A stretch of 64,000 nt of DNA from Tubiluchus corallicola (lineage: Eukaryota; Animalia; Priapulida), in assembly GCA_030141605.1 (NCBI GenBank), contig JAQGDQ010000022.1, forward strand, positions 186,001-250,000, in the 5' to 3' direction. Below the pieces are notes generated by a model that saw only the letters and a program-made list of their open reading frames with translations, was not told where the DNA came from and made no database searches. Of the stretch, positions 1-21,396 are shown piece by piece; position 1 is the stretch's first letter; the number at the start of each line of letters is the position of its first letter. The position numbers and the translations under genes were made by a program.

Positions 1-554
1 TAAGATGGAGCGGGCATCATTATACGAAACACATTTTCTTTTCGTGGTTTTGCTTTGCATTTAACATAGAAAAAGTCTGTTAGTATCTCTTCCCCATCGT
101 GAAGCTCCCTTTCTTCAGAAACTGTCGTTTTGAAGTCATCATCTCTTTTTAACTCATTGTACGTACATAATACTGATTTTGGATTAATTTCGAGTATTTT
201 AAGTGCAGTATGGTTGTAAAACGCTCTACCAGCAGCCGTGTAAATCCAGTCGTGGCTCCTACAGGCTAGAGCTTCCGGTTCCTTGTAAAACTTGTCTAAC
301 AAAATGTCGTTTTTAAATAAATTTGGATGGACGCACTCTTTATTCATTTCTTGTGTTTGTAGAAATTTAAAATACAACACTTCTGTGGAATCTAGAGCAA
401 ATGAATAGAGGCTTAGTGCGCAAAATACAGCACAAGTAAACAGAGCTAAAAGTTTCAATTGACGTCGGTGTCGTTTTACCTTTTGAAAGACTCGGATGAA
501 AAATGATAATATCACAAACATCGTGGGTCTAATTTTTGTGACTGTACGTTCCAT
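1..554 (-). CDS. DUF229-like (alkaline-phosphatase/sulfatase-superfamily) type II membrane protein, 5' part; runs off window start
   Basis: Open frame from ATG at 554 to the window edge, absent from the ORF track because it has no stop. It reads MERTVTKIRPTMFVILSFFIRVFQKVKRHRRQLKLLALFTCAVFCALSLYSFALDSTEV... with a basic patch then a TM segment, followed by ECVHPNL...KFY...LACRSHDWIY...LCTYNELKRDDDF...TDFFYVKC. The Cys/Trp spacing matches my recollection of the DUF229 N-terminal region. Confidence 0.7.
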   Translation of the reverse strand, partial: MERTVTKIRPTMFVILSFFIRVFQKVKRHRRQLKLLALFTCAVFCALSLYSFALDSTEVLYFKFLQTQEMNKECVHPNLFKNDILLDKFYKEPEALACRSHDWIYTAAGRAFYNHTALKILEINPKSVLCTYNELKRDDDFKTTVSEERELHDGEEILTDFFYVKCKAKPRKENVFRIMMPAPS

Positions 555-1470
555 TGTCTCCCATTAGCGGCTCTGTAAGAAACAGAGGAGTTTATATTGC
601 TTAAATACACTATGGACCATAATGAAGCAAATCTCAAGTGTCGATGAGTATCGAGTAATAATGTCTTCGGTGATTCGAAGCAACACTCTTGGCTGTTTTC
701 ACAATGTGAATTTAAAATGTAATGCACTATTGTTTTCTCAAAGTTTAACATCCAAAATAATTAAAGTCGCACAACTTCATAACACCTATAGTGTTCTTGT
801 ACGCTGATGAAATGGAACTGCGGCTACAAAACAAATAACGGAATGCATGTTTAGTGGTTCAAAGTCCAATACCTAAACACTCGGCGCGTATAAATTTATA
901 GTTTGACGTGCAGAGCGACTGTCGGGTAATTTATCCGCTTCCTCCTGGTTAATTTTTCTCCTTGTTCCGCTTTATTTCAGTTTTATTTGTTTCAGAATAA
1001 ATTTATTAAAGCATTTTATACATGAACAAAACAACGTTACTGTTAAAAAATTAATAGCAAATACTAACACTTAACAGTTTGGGGATTAAGAAGCTTTTGC
1101 AGCTTATAAAGTTGCACAATCTTTAATAAGTTAATAACATCTATAATAATGCTAATGAAAACAAGATGTGTTCATGTACTTTTTGATATACATTACCATT
1201 TTTCTATTTTTTGGTGCTTCTCTTAGCCAAAAGGAATACTATGACTTCAAGGTTCACAGAATACTTTCAACACGTAAATTGTGAATTGTTAAAATTTTCA
1301 GTATCTAACTGTTTCTACAATACGAGAAACTGTAGTCATATTAATAAAAACATCATTTCAGTAAAACGTCATATTAATCAAACATGACATGTGCACAGAC
1401 ATGAGCCAATACAGAAAACTGACCATCCTTGTATACTTTAACATATGCATAGCTACAACAGTGCTTAATT

Positions 1471-9492
<8,022 letters not shown>

Positions 9493-12400
9493 GATTTAAA
9501 AGTATTTTTGTTACATAAATTCCTCGCTTAAGTATGTTACCCGAACACGTACTTCGAGGTAAGGCCAAGTCCACGTTAGTACCGTAGTAGGTCAAGGATA
9601 ACTAGAAGTGCAGAGACGCTTTAGATCTGATTAATACGAAAGGTTCGCGTACGCCAGGTGTACTGTACAGTAGGTTATAGCTACTATACAATAAGTTGAA
9701 ATCGATTACTGCTAGGTGGCGCCACCAACTTGCAAGAAAGCAAGACGCTTAGACTTTACTTAAATGTCCTGGTACTGCAAACTGGGTAATTAAAAATAAT
9801 TCTGAATGATTATAAAACTTTTATTATTAATGTTATAAAACGTATCGATTATTCTGCATCTATAATCCTTTTGAACAGCTGCGTTTGGCTTATAACATTT
9901 ACTGCGTGATGGCGACTAACAGCTCTCATGCCGACAGAAAGCATGACATGTAGCGTACCATACTGATTCCATACAAGCCGTACAGTAACGGTTTAGCCAA
10001 GAATCCGGCAAAAACAGGAACAAATTAACAATACGCGTAGTACTAGGTTAGTTTTAAGCCAAGTATTTTTAGGGCCTCCGTAAAAAGTTCCAAAGCAGGC
10101 CCGTACTGTAATAAAACACTTTGAACTGCAAAAGTTTTCAAGGAAAAAAGGAACCCGAAATTTTATTATTTCTCGATGTTCTATATTTAACGTATAACAT
10201 TTATATAATCTAATTTTATTTTCATAAAAACACATTCAACACTATGTTTTCTTAAAAAATTCAGTTTCTATAAATAATAATAATAATAATATTAAAATAT
10301 TCACTAATTTCGACTGATGCCGTTGCTGCTAATAATTTATAACCTTATTTCAAGATCATTGCTTAATGTTTGAATAGATCTATGATATTTTTTGATCCAC
10401 AAACTTGATCGAAAGCAAAGAACTGATGTTAGATTTGAACCAGTAACCTTATGTTTGCAAGTCTAACGCCACTGTTTCTACACTAACACTTTTCATGTTT
10501 GCTTTTCATGCTTTTACCCTAGTTCAGTTTTCAAACAAGATTAATTGTAGGTTCATTCGATCCCAGTGAGCTTTGCTGCCATGAATTGTTAAAGAAAATG
10601 ACATGACATTTAGCATGTTGGTTTTTACTGCTGTCACTTAAACTTAGAAAAACATAACAAATAAATATGACAAAAAACTGTCTACAAAACATAAAGTTAA
10701 TTTTACTATCGATGTAAAGAAATTTACAGGCGCGATGATAAAACTCATTGACTTCATGTCTATTCGTAATGGCGCGTTCAGACGTAGAGACTTTTCTGGC
10801 GACTTGTTGCGCAACTTTCTCTGAGAATAAAGTTGCTTGTGTGCGAGGGAAGTTGTCAAGCCGCTCACACGTGCAACTTTATTCTCAGAGAGTTGTGCAA
10901 CAAGTTGCGAGAGAAGTCTAATTTTTTTTCGCATTTTTCGCGAACATTGATATAAGCCTAACTTCCCAGAAGCCTCGACCTTTTCTAATCCGAGTATTGG
11001 GTTATTCGCGTATGATCTAACCTTATAAACAGGGTGTTTCGCCGTGAAGCTAGTCATGTTTTTGTTCTCGTCCATGCAATGTAAAACTCTGCCGTTTAGC
11101 CGTGCTAAGTTTTTGCGAAAATTTGGATACCATAGCGGCAAAATAATATTGTTCTAAATGACACGTTGATGAAAATGTCGTATCTGTTAACTAAGTTTAT
11201 TACAATCATTTTGAAGCCAAAAAGCAAAGACTGTGTAGAATGTTCACGCATTTTTGATCATATAGCATATAGTTCAATAAGGTAAATGACGTATCCAGGC
11301 ACTTGGGCAGAAAAAGGCAACTAAGCGAGTAACCTAATGCTTCACATTCCGATATAGCTTAATTAATTAAGAATACTACTAGCGGATACAATTTTATTTC
11401 TTAAACATATTTTTTACTTGAAAATGTGCCTATTTCCCTGTTTTGTAAACAAAACATTTAGAGTTACTATATGCATGCAAGACAGCTTTGTGTAACTCCA
11501 GAGTGGGAAGTGTATATTAACCCAGTACATATTTGCATTTGGAGAACAGGTATTTAACATTGAAATACAATCAGCATTATTTGCATTGGCTGGAAGTCTA
11601 GCTGCGTTGTTGTGGTTAGTGGATGTCTTGTCGTCAGCGGCGAGAACCTGCTGGGGGAGACAATTCCTGGGGCGGTAGCTGCCTTGAGCAACTTCTCATT
11701 AACCTTTCCATTTCACTCAGGCGTACCTTGTCCAATTCTTTGCAGTTGCTGAGTCGTTACGTTCTTACTGCTTTGTGATAGCTGACTCACACATTACTGC
11801 TGAGTGCTGATAACATGAACATAAAATAGTAAAATTCTCAATGAAAAGAAGGGAGGTGCATGTGTCCGAGACTGACACGAACGTCTGACTGAGAAAAACA
11901 GCTTGTTGGAACAGGCCAACTATAAAGGACACAATTTAAGATCATGCTCGCTTATAGAATGGCAATTGGGCCAAGAAAGGAGCTGGATCGTCACCCGGAA
12001 GTGCGTAGTGTTGAGATCTTTGTCACATGAAAAAATCACTTCTAGTAAACACTAATTACTCAGAAGAGGAAAACAATTCATAACAGCAAGATTAACAATC
12101 TCAAAGGCTTTTTATTAAACAAATTAAAATATAACAAAAGTATAAACTTTCCAAGAAGTAACACAGGATTGATAATCGCAAATATCGAAATCTGATTATG
12201 TAACATATGAATAAATTTGACAAGAAACTTACGAAAGTAAACATATCACAATTGTGACTGGATAATAATTACGTTAAGATGACTAGGAAAATATAAAAGT
12301 GAATCAAGCAATCATACTATTAAATAGAAGCACCAAAAAGGCAAATTAAATAACATATAGTTTGAGCAACAAGTAGAACAATAAAGCATTATCAAGACTC

Positions 12401-14257
12401 AACGAATCAAACGAAATCTACAAGTTTTAATCATTTTCTCTAAAACATTGGCAAAGGCTTTCTGTCTAATAAGTTGCAATAAGTTTTAAATGTTAGAGGT
12501 TGATAAGTTTTACCATCAGGGTAACGGGAGATGAAAAAATTACAGTTGATACAAAACGATGTGAAAAGTTAAAGGGGGACTGCAATTAGAGGGTGCTGAA
12601 TTCGAACACAAGAAGGCCTATGCTAAAACCGATTACATCAAATGACATACGTCGTATCTCCATTACATCGACTGTGGATACGGAGCTAGCAGAATTCTAA
12701 TAAAAAGAACATTGAGCTGCCCGAAGGCAGGTAAACATTGCAGATGGTTTAGCAAATACTTGACTAGACACTTCTATGCAATAATTGTAATTACAAAGAC
12801 ATACTCCTGCATGAACATTCCTCTGAAAAATGACGCATCGTTATCACCCCTGAAATAAATGCTAATAATTAAATTCTTGTTGTATTGTATTGCATTATCT
12901 ATGCACTGAAACACTAGGCCTATATTATTATATGAATGTAGGAAAGTTTGGCACAAGTTAGTTTGATAACCGAAAGTTTGGTACAGGCAAATTTAGTACC
13001 AGGACAGGTTGGTACTGGCAAAACAGTTCGGTACAAGGAATTTTTAGTACATGCAGAACCAAACTTACTGGGTACCATTATTGTTTCTGGAAACGATTGT
13101 ATACTGTGGTATTGATTTTTTTTATGATAATCAGTTAATTGTAACTAATAATCGCCGTAACCATTGTCGAAACGGTTGACTGTCTTCGTTCCTGTAGGGT
13201 TGGCACTGCTGTCTGTCTTTTTATTCACCAGTTAATCAGTGAACACTCCATGCTAACTCACTCCATGTAAAGTCACTTCCGCGTTTGCACTGGTGGACTG
13301 AGGTTCATTTTTTAATAATAACTTACTTTTCCTAAACATTACTAATTTACTAGTGTTAATAGGCGTATACCTGAGGAAGGTGACATCTGACTGCTCCACC
13401 CACTTTGTGAGCTTGGCCTATGAGGCACAAAATTGACATGACATAAATGAGCCTGGCATTGTGATTATGTGATACTTGTAATTTAGTTTGGTCAATTAGT
13501 TCAACAAAATTAAAATCGCTTAAATGTTCCAGGTGTGAAAAAAGCACGATTCAGTTTAAAACCAATAATGTATTCAGTCTCAGTACAATTCAACAGTTTA
13601 ATTCCCAAAATTTTTATTTCGTATGTGTAACACTGTCACGCTTTAATGATGGATAAAGACGAACAGACAGACAAATAAACAGCTAAACTATATTCTGACC
13701 TAAATCCATTACGGCAATATAATGTTGAGTTTTATTAATTGGTGAAAGTTGCCTGTCGCCACGATCTGTTGAGTATTGGTTTCTCAGCTTGTCTGACACA
13801 GATTTTAACTTTCCTTGGGGTTTACAACAACACTGTGAGTCAGATACTGTACTAGCTTAGCCCAGAGCGTTTAGTGTGTTGTTTTCTAACGCTGTAGCCT
13901 GCCGTCAGTCAGATATCTGCTTATTATATACGAGTAACAGGTGTAGCGTATCGTACGAGACTGCAATAATTATTGAACGAATAGTCTTTGTTGCGGAGCT
14001 TCCAAAGAGAAGAATAGATAGCTTATTAAAAGACAGGCCCTGGAGAAACACCCTTCTTTCGTACACAGAACACATTTGCCTATTATTCCTTCGCCGTCAT
14101 GGTGTTATTGATATCGATTAAATCATTATGGGTACAATAAACAGTAATAGTTTATTTGCTTATCGTTTGTTTCAATTTTGGTGATAACAAAACGCGTATA
14201 TGTACTGAAATTTCGCTCTCTTTTCAGTAGTGTACCAAGAAATAAAAATGTACAACA

Positions 14258-17200
14258 ATGGTTAACCTAAAATCGCAAAGTATATTAACATTTGTGATAG
14301 CTGTTATTGCAGGTACGTTCAGTTTTTATCGTGTTTTTCTAGTGAAAATTCTAGCACACTTTCGTTAAAAATTAGTCTTCTATCAATTCTATCAATGTTA
14401 GTGTTTGTTTGTTTGTGGTGTGTTTGCTCGTTCTTTTGTACGTTCGTTCGTTCATTTATTTGCTTGTTCACTCACTCACATACTTATTGCTACGGTGTTT
14501 ATGTGTTTGCTACCATTCTGCTTCTAGTTGCTATTACAAGGTTTCATCGAGTGTTTGTTTAATTACTAGTTATAGTGTTATTAATTCGTCTTTCGTTCGC
14601 TGAATCACCAAAGACTATTGAGTTTCCGACAATTTCCAAATGTGACTGAAAAAGCTTGCCTTGTATGGTTTGACTACTAGGTAAAGCCATTTTTATGACT
14701 GTTGTCTGTGAAACTGTTAAGGAAATTGAAGTCAGTTCTATTAGTACATTTGCACTTTTATTTTTTAGTTCATTTCATCTTTTCCTGAAATAATTTTGGC
14801 AAAGGGTATTGGCATGTATTAGGATACCTAGGACTTGGCTTGCATGGGTTTCGTTCGACATTATATGAAAATTATCGCAATAATATCAGAGCAACGACTC
14901 TTGGTAATGAATTAATTATTCAGTTCCACGTGGCGCATTTCTAGTTTTTAAAATCTTCACACTAATGAGATTCATTACAAATATCATTGAATGTTCATTA
15001 ATAATTAAATAATTAATCACTGAAGTTCCGATTCATGCAAGTAAATAAATCTATTTGCATTTTCTGTTGTTTAAGACTGTATTGGTATTTTGGCACTAAC
15101 ATAATTATGATTTGATAGGCTTTTATGTTCTTTTTATGCAAATTGTAACCAGAATACCAGAATTGTATGCGAGGGTAACGATGGTATGGTAAACATAGCA
15201 CAGGAAAAGTAGAAAAGTGGAAAAGAGTCTATTTTTCTACTTGCGCCCTTTTTCCTTTTTCTTGTGCCGTTTTTACCTAGCAACGCCTGAAAAATGAAAT
15301 ACGCCTAATCTATAACTCTGAATATGGAAAACTATTTTGTGGAGCGTTGGCTTTTAACAGCCGTTTGTAGATAAATACGGGGCTTAGGTGCTTAGATGAA
15401 CAACATATTTGTTGTAAATACGACATTTAACACGAATTAGTTGGGATCGAGCCACAGTATAACATGTCACAAATTTGGTTGCCTAGGTTTGACGTGTCTG
15501 AGATTGTAATTAACAGCTGTAATATTTCGGTTATCAAATTGTAGCTGTTTATAAACTCAGATGAACAAACAGGATATTATATTAGTAGTGTAACTGGTAA
15601 TCACAATGTTAGTTTAGGAGCGAAGAAGATCATACGACTGAGCATCAACCTAGCTGTGGAAATACCGGGGTAACTAAAAATACCATTATAAGTAATGCTC
15701 ACCGTTGGTCTAGGTCAAACCGATTTCTATACACACACTCCAGTGTAACATTTTTTATGTAGAGTAATCTTAGCCATAATAAGTTTACTTTCAATAACAC
15801 CTCTGAATAATAGCAATTAAAGAACAATAATTGCTAGATAGACACATGTTATATAACACTTATGTCGTAAGTTTAAAGTTTGGAATTAAAGTAATTAATT
15901 CTGTGCTTTGTTTCGTATTGATTTTTACATGGGTATTTAACAGGCTAACGATGTGTAACGCGTGAGTATGCCTAGATACTAATAATAACACTGCCTTTTC
16001 ACAAAACGAACTTCATAATTTTCGGATTTGTTAATTCGATTAAAAAGAACTTTTAACAAGACAACACGAGACAACATAAACATTAAAACGACATACAAAT
16101 GAAATCATTAGGGAGAACTTTAAGTGCGCAAATTCAGGTTTCATCTGTTAATTTCTTGCCCTACTTCTCGACAGGATTCAGCCAGATGAAGAAGTTGTAA
16201 TTAGTTAACCTTTCCTGAGACAAACCAAAGACCAAGGACAACACAAATGGCAAGGAGAAAAAGTACAATAGACAATACATAACTTGCTAATTGCGGAAAT
16301 GCCTACACGTAACATAAACATACTCACAAAATATTGCAGTTCTTATAAAACCCGCAATTTCTGACTTCCTTTTACAACTACTAACAAAACAGGTACCTAC
16401 TTGGCAGAAAACATGTTGAATTTAATTTTTTATTCCCCGAAAATATTCAGAGCCAGCCCTCTTTTAATAAAATCAGCAATATCAGAGCGCATTCTTACGA
16501 AGCGTAATAACTCTCTATAACAAACACCTTCAAGCCCATCATCTCTGATGTAACTAGAAGGAAATATTGTACACAAGAACTACAAGGAAATTAAAATCGT
16601 CTACTTTGTGATAAACCGCAATTACCACGTATATAATCCCCACATAGAAATAATATATGTGATAATTACGTTTTATCACAAAGTAGACGATTTTAAAGGA
16701 AAACAATTTTCCTCAATTTTTGTTCTATAGCTCAAAACATTCTGCCCTTTAAAATATAGAAAGGGAACATACTGTTCAAGAATGACCTACGTGAAAGAAT
16801 TATTACTGCAAAAACCCAATTTCACGTTTCCGCAGTTAGTTCTTCTCTGTTACATGCATTTCACCATTCGGTACTTAGATGGGTACTAGCGCCTGCATCT
16901 CAGAAACTGTTGCAGTACCTCTTGGTTTAGAGCTGTTCGGTTGTAACGAGTTGCGCACACGTTCGAGAGCTCATATGTAATCAAAGCGGTAAACTTGAAA
17001 TTTGAATTTCAAAGATAAAATTTGACGAGTTTTATATACCACACTGAATGTTGTACAGAAGCACTGTGCTTCAATTTTCGCTTTCTCGAACACGTACAAT
17101 ACGCTCGTGAAATATACCTCGCCTGCCCCTATTTAAGTTCTTAGTCTATTATTTAATTACCACTGGCATTATTATAGGTCTGAAAATATATACTTTCTGC

Positions 17201-18572
17201 CAAAATGGGTAGAAAAATATCCTCTTTTCCTTTAGTTTCCTTGTAGTACTGTGAATATTACTTCTTTCTATAACATTCCAGAAATGACAGGTTTGAGAGA
17301 TCTTAGCTAAAACGATGAGAGTAAAATGACTTGACTCAATGACGTCAATAAATTTTGTATTTAGATATGAAAAGTGTGTCACATTTTCGTACCTTTTCAG
17401 GTGTGAGTGTCTGTTATTACATATGGCACATCGGATGCCTATCCTATAGCAACACGCACATCATCTTGACACAACTGAACCAAACAAACGGGTTCCTGTA
17501 TCGCCTAAACAAGATAATTTACTCTGCTAATGATGTTTCAGCTTACTTCAGAAAGTCCAGACTTGCTGAAAGATTTGGCGATTCTAATGCAGTAATTCCT
17601 AAAGTTGTAGCTATTGTTACGCTGGGAAGGACAGGCTCTACATTTACGGGAGAAATCCTAAATAGCCATCCTGACGTGTTCTACCTCGATGAGCCTTTAC
17701 ATGTCTTTGATGGCGTTGGCAGAGTGCCTCGCTATGAAGTGGTACAAAACGTGAAGAGTCTGACACATGCAAATAGACAAGAAATCAAACGAGAAATTTT
17801 AAAACCGATCTTCAACTGCCAGTTTAAAGGAAAATACATGGCTGAGTACATCCGGTACAACCAAGATCCCAAAGTAACGAGAAATTTTGCTCGGTCTAGA
17901 GTGCTGACTGAACTGCTGGGCTGCAGCAACATGACTGATGATAACTTAAAGATCACCAACTGCCCTCTACATTCTTTGAATGCAACTAAACTTAGACAAA
18001 CTTGCAAACGTTACAAATACCTTGTGGTTAAGTTGCTCAGAGCTGATGTTGAAGATCTTCTGCCTTTCTATAATTCCACTGATTACCTTTTCAAAGTCAT
18101 TTACCTTGTCAGAGACCCAAGGGGCATCGTGAATTCGCAGCACGGGACCGGCTGGTTCGCCCGTCCCAATAGTAATTTAGCTCAACAAATGAGCATTTCT
18201 GCAAACAAGACTTGCGGTCCTTTGCTCAAGGGAACGCTAGATGTCGTCACTGTACATCCAGAAAGAAACATGGTGCTCCGTTATGAAGACATGGCCATGA
18301 AGCCCCGCATTTTTACCAAAACGGTTTTGGATTTTATTGGTTTAAAAATAGTGGGGAACGTTGCGCGACACATAGATAGTCATGTCAAAAGCCAGCGTCC
18401 GCATAGAGCTCATGACTGGTTTAGTTACAGAAATAATTCTACGGCAACGGCGCTGGCTTGGAAGAAGGTGATGAGACCAGATTTGCAAAAAGTGGTCCAG
18501 TCTATACCGAGCTGTGACGCTTTCATTAAAAAATTAAACTATGACAAACTAGCAAACCAAACGATTCTTTAG
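14258..18572 (+). CDS. Golgi carbohydrate sulfotransferase (Gal/GlcNAc 6-O-sulfotransferase, CHST1-like family), 2 coding exons
   Basis: Exon 14258-14312 (MVNLKSQSILTFVIAVIAG, donor gtacgt) joins in phase 1 to 17401-18572 (acceptor ttttcag), giving a type II TM anchor ILTFVIAVIAGVSVCYYIW. PAPS-binding motifs TLGRTGSTFTGEIL and YLVRDPRGIVNS are present, plus FYLDEPL and LRYEDM. Confidence 0.9.
16420..16620 (-). mobile_element. Penelope-like retroelement RT C-terminal relic (frameshifted)
   Basis: Minus strand reads YHKVDDFNFLVV / FPSSYIRDDGLEGVCYRELLRFVRMRSDIADFIKRG, resembling the YDKRDDFNF..FP..SNIP...YGVY.SQL.R..R..S...DF..R pattern of Penelope-type RTs. Confidence 0.65.
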
Positions 18573-19407
18573 CGATTCTTTATGTGGGCCAGTCAAGGAC
18601 GGTTGTTGCAGGTTTGAAGAATTTACCACAAATTTCTGGTCACGTATCATGGTCTGACAGAATTACTGGATTCGTTGTTGTGAGAGCAAGTCAAAATTCT
18701 TGTCTAACTTTTATGAATTATGCAATTAACTCTGTGCGGTGTGTTGAGAGGCGGTAACTCAAATAATTAAATGATAGTGCACTACATCATGCGCCGGTAA
18801 ATATTGTTAGAATTTTTATTTGTATATTATTTAACTTTTGTTTAATACGTTTCGGCGCACTGCAAACTGGCATCCAGCAGTCTATGGTGTCTATGCCTGT
18901 TAATATGTTAATAATAAACTGTCAATATGCTTGTTATGTTGTTGGTTGTAGCAAAATCGCAGCCCAGCCTATAATCAATGATTATCCTCTAAACATGTGA
19001 CTTTAAAATAAAAGTTTACTAGTAAAATAACAATTCATACATTAAATTTAATTTAAAGTTTACGAGTCATTATGCAGAAGTGAATGCAGTAATCCGGGTA
19101 AACTATTATTTCTGTCCAGCGTTTAGCTTGGTGTTTAGTTTAATTCAATTGTAAAAATTACAGCGAGCTAAGATATTACAAAAAGTATGAACATTTAAAA
19201 CCTGAAAAGGGGTGCCTAAACACTAAAACTGGTTTACGTAGACAAAGTGCATAATAGATAAGATCTAGTAATAAATTCTACATTATTCTACAATATAAAT
19301 ACATATCAGAGTTGTTACATTATGTAAGCTGAGTTCCGATCACTGTCAGTGATTTAACTGGAATGGAATCACTGATAGGTAAACAAACAATATGAATTAA
19401 AAGACCA

Positions 19408-19421
19408 AGAGAGGGAAGAAG

Positions 19422-19520
<99 letters not shown>

Positions 19521-19573
19521 AGGGAGGAGGAGAGAGAGAGAAGGAGAGAGAGAGAAGAAAGAGAGGGAAGAAG

Positions 19574-19671
<98 letters not shown>

Positions 19672-19680
19672 GAGATAGAG
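19408..19680. repeat. (GA)n microsatellite, two blocks with the same leader AGAGAGGGAAGAAGAGAGGAG
   Basis: Directly visible local duplication. Confidence 0.95.
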
Positions 19681-21396
19681 GGATTCGTTATGTTCTTTCT
19701 TTCCGCCTTCTTTATTTCACCATGACAAATTTAGCTTTTAACTTTTATTATTTGTTTTATTTTCAGACGTATTACAATTATTTAGACGTTTAAGAGAGAC
19801 TTGGAGAGAGTCCAGGTTAAACTGCTAGAAAGACTTGTTTTCAATACGTTGCAATAACAACCTAACTTTAATTCTGGCACTCATACAACAATTTTAAGTT
19901 TAGGTTATTTATTAAAAATTTCAGCTTCCTGTAAAATAGTACTAATAATATTACAGCTTCGTATATATGCAAATTTTGTAATTTACACTATTCCTATTAT
20001 AATATCTAAGCTAAGTAGAAATGAGATAAAACTCAGAACACTTGGTTGCTTGCTGACATGCTTTTACTAACTAATGGTCATGTGACATTAAACAGTGGCG
20101 ATACTACACCTATTTGGTACTGGGTATTGCCATAATTATGGAATCCTTACAGACATGCAGTGTTAATGTTATTAAGCATAAATCATCTTGGTGTAAAAAA
20201 TTATAATTATATAAAATTGTATAACAACCAGGAACTGAAATTGTTTTTTTTTCTGTTGAGTAAGTGCATTACCATCACAATCTGTGAGTGTTTATTGCTC
20301 GTATTTATTTATATTTGTACGCTACCTGGTTGTTTACCTAATTATGCAGCAGCGTGTGATGCTAACAGGTGTAAAGCAGAAAACAAAATTAGATACGACC
20401 AGCTCTTTCTAGGCTTCTGATTTTGATACTCGTAAACCAATCCTCCCGTGAATTAATCTTGCCGAAGATGGGGAGTACAGCACCAAAACTGTGAGTAAAA
20501 ACAAAATTAATCGTTATGTGTTTATATTTTATGGCGTTCATATAATACTTAGTAGCGAGTGACCTTTAAATTTGCAGTATTTTGTATCCAGTATAAGTGC
20601 GTTCAATGACGTAAATTTTATTGATGGCAAAATGTTTTGCTTGCATCTGGAGAAAAAACTAACGTGAATTAATTGCAAAACTATTGTGAAAGTTACACGA
20701 TTCAAATCGGTCATCGTGTAACCTGCATACTGTATACTGGCCAATTATCGCGTTGCGGGGGTTGTATTGGACACCATTTGGTCCACATGTCGGATGTCGT
20801 TCCTCGAATAAAGTGGGCCTCAAATAGAGTCACAATTCGATATTCGAACTCGGCATTCGTAAAACCCCTACAAAGTCATACTGGATGAATATATAGCAGA
20901 ATCGTAACTTGAAAATATTATTTTTAACATCATTTTGGCCGCAAAAAAGGCAGATGGCATTGCTGAAGTATGGGTCCATAAGTAATGAACAGACAGACAC
21001 AGAGACATATTTTAATCTTTATTGATTTCTATAAAAGTTCAACATGCTGACCTGGTACAATCTTTAATTTTGTCACGCTTTAGACCCCAAGATTACTAAG
21101 CATACATCATCTCTTGTGAATTTTGTAAATGTAACTTCGTCCTACAATGGCTATAGTGAAGCCAGATATTTGGCCAACACTGCCAAAACAACTGGTGAGT
21201 TCTGGTTTCTTTTTTTCGTACAAGATCAGAATGTCTCTTGCTGAGGGACGTTTTAGGAAAGCTAATATTAGAGCGTTTGCAAGGGTTATTTAATTATTAT
21301 CGCGTTTCTTGATCGGACTAATGCTTTAAATTTGCTGCTCTACTTTTATGTTTACATATTTTAACAAGTGGCAGACAACTCATCAAGACGACGAAA

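Noticed and set aside
10644-11141. 165-aa ORF on the minus strand
   Set aside because: Non-ATG start, no recognisable motif or supporting splice pattern, and it overlaps short GTTG[CT]GCAAC-type repeats; likely a chance or repeat-derived ORF.
12940-13075. Degenerate ~16-nt GTTTGGTACAGG-like repeats (similar short arrays at about 32955-33050)
   Set aside because: Typical internal repeats of non-autonomous transposons; no further structure found.
17355-17400. 5' extension of the sulfotransferase ORF as given in the track
   Set aside because: It lies upstream of a strong acceptor at 17400; the exon at 14258-14312 supplies a better TM anchor in the correct phase.
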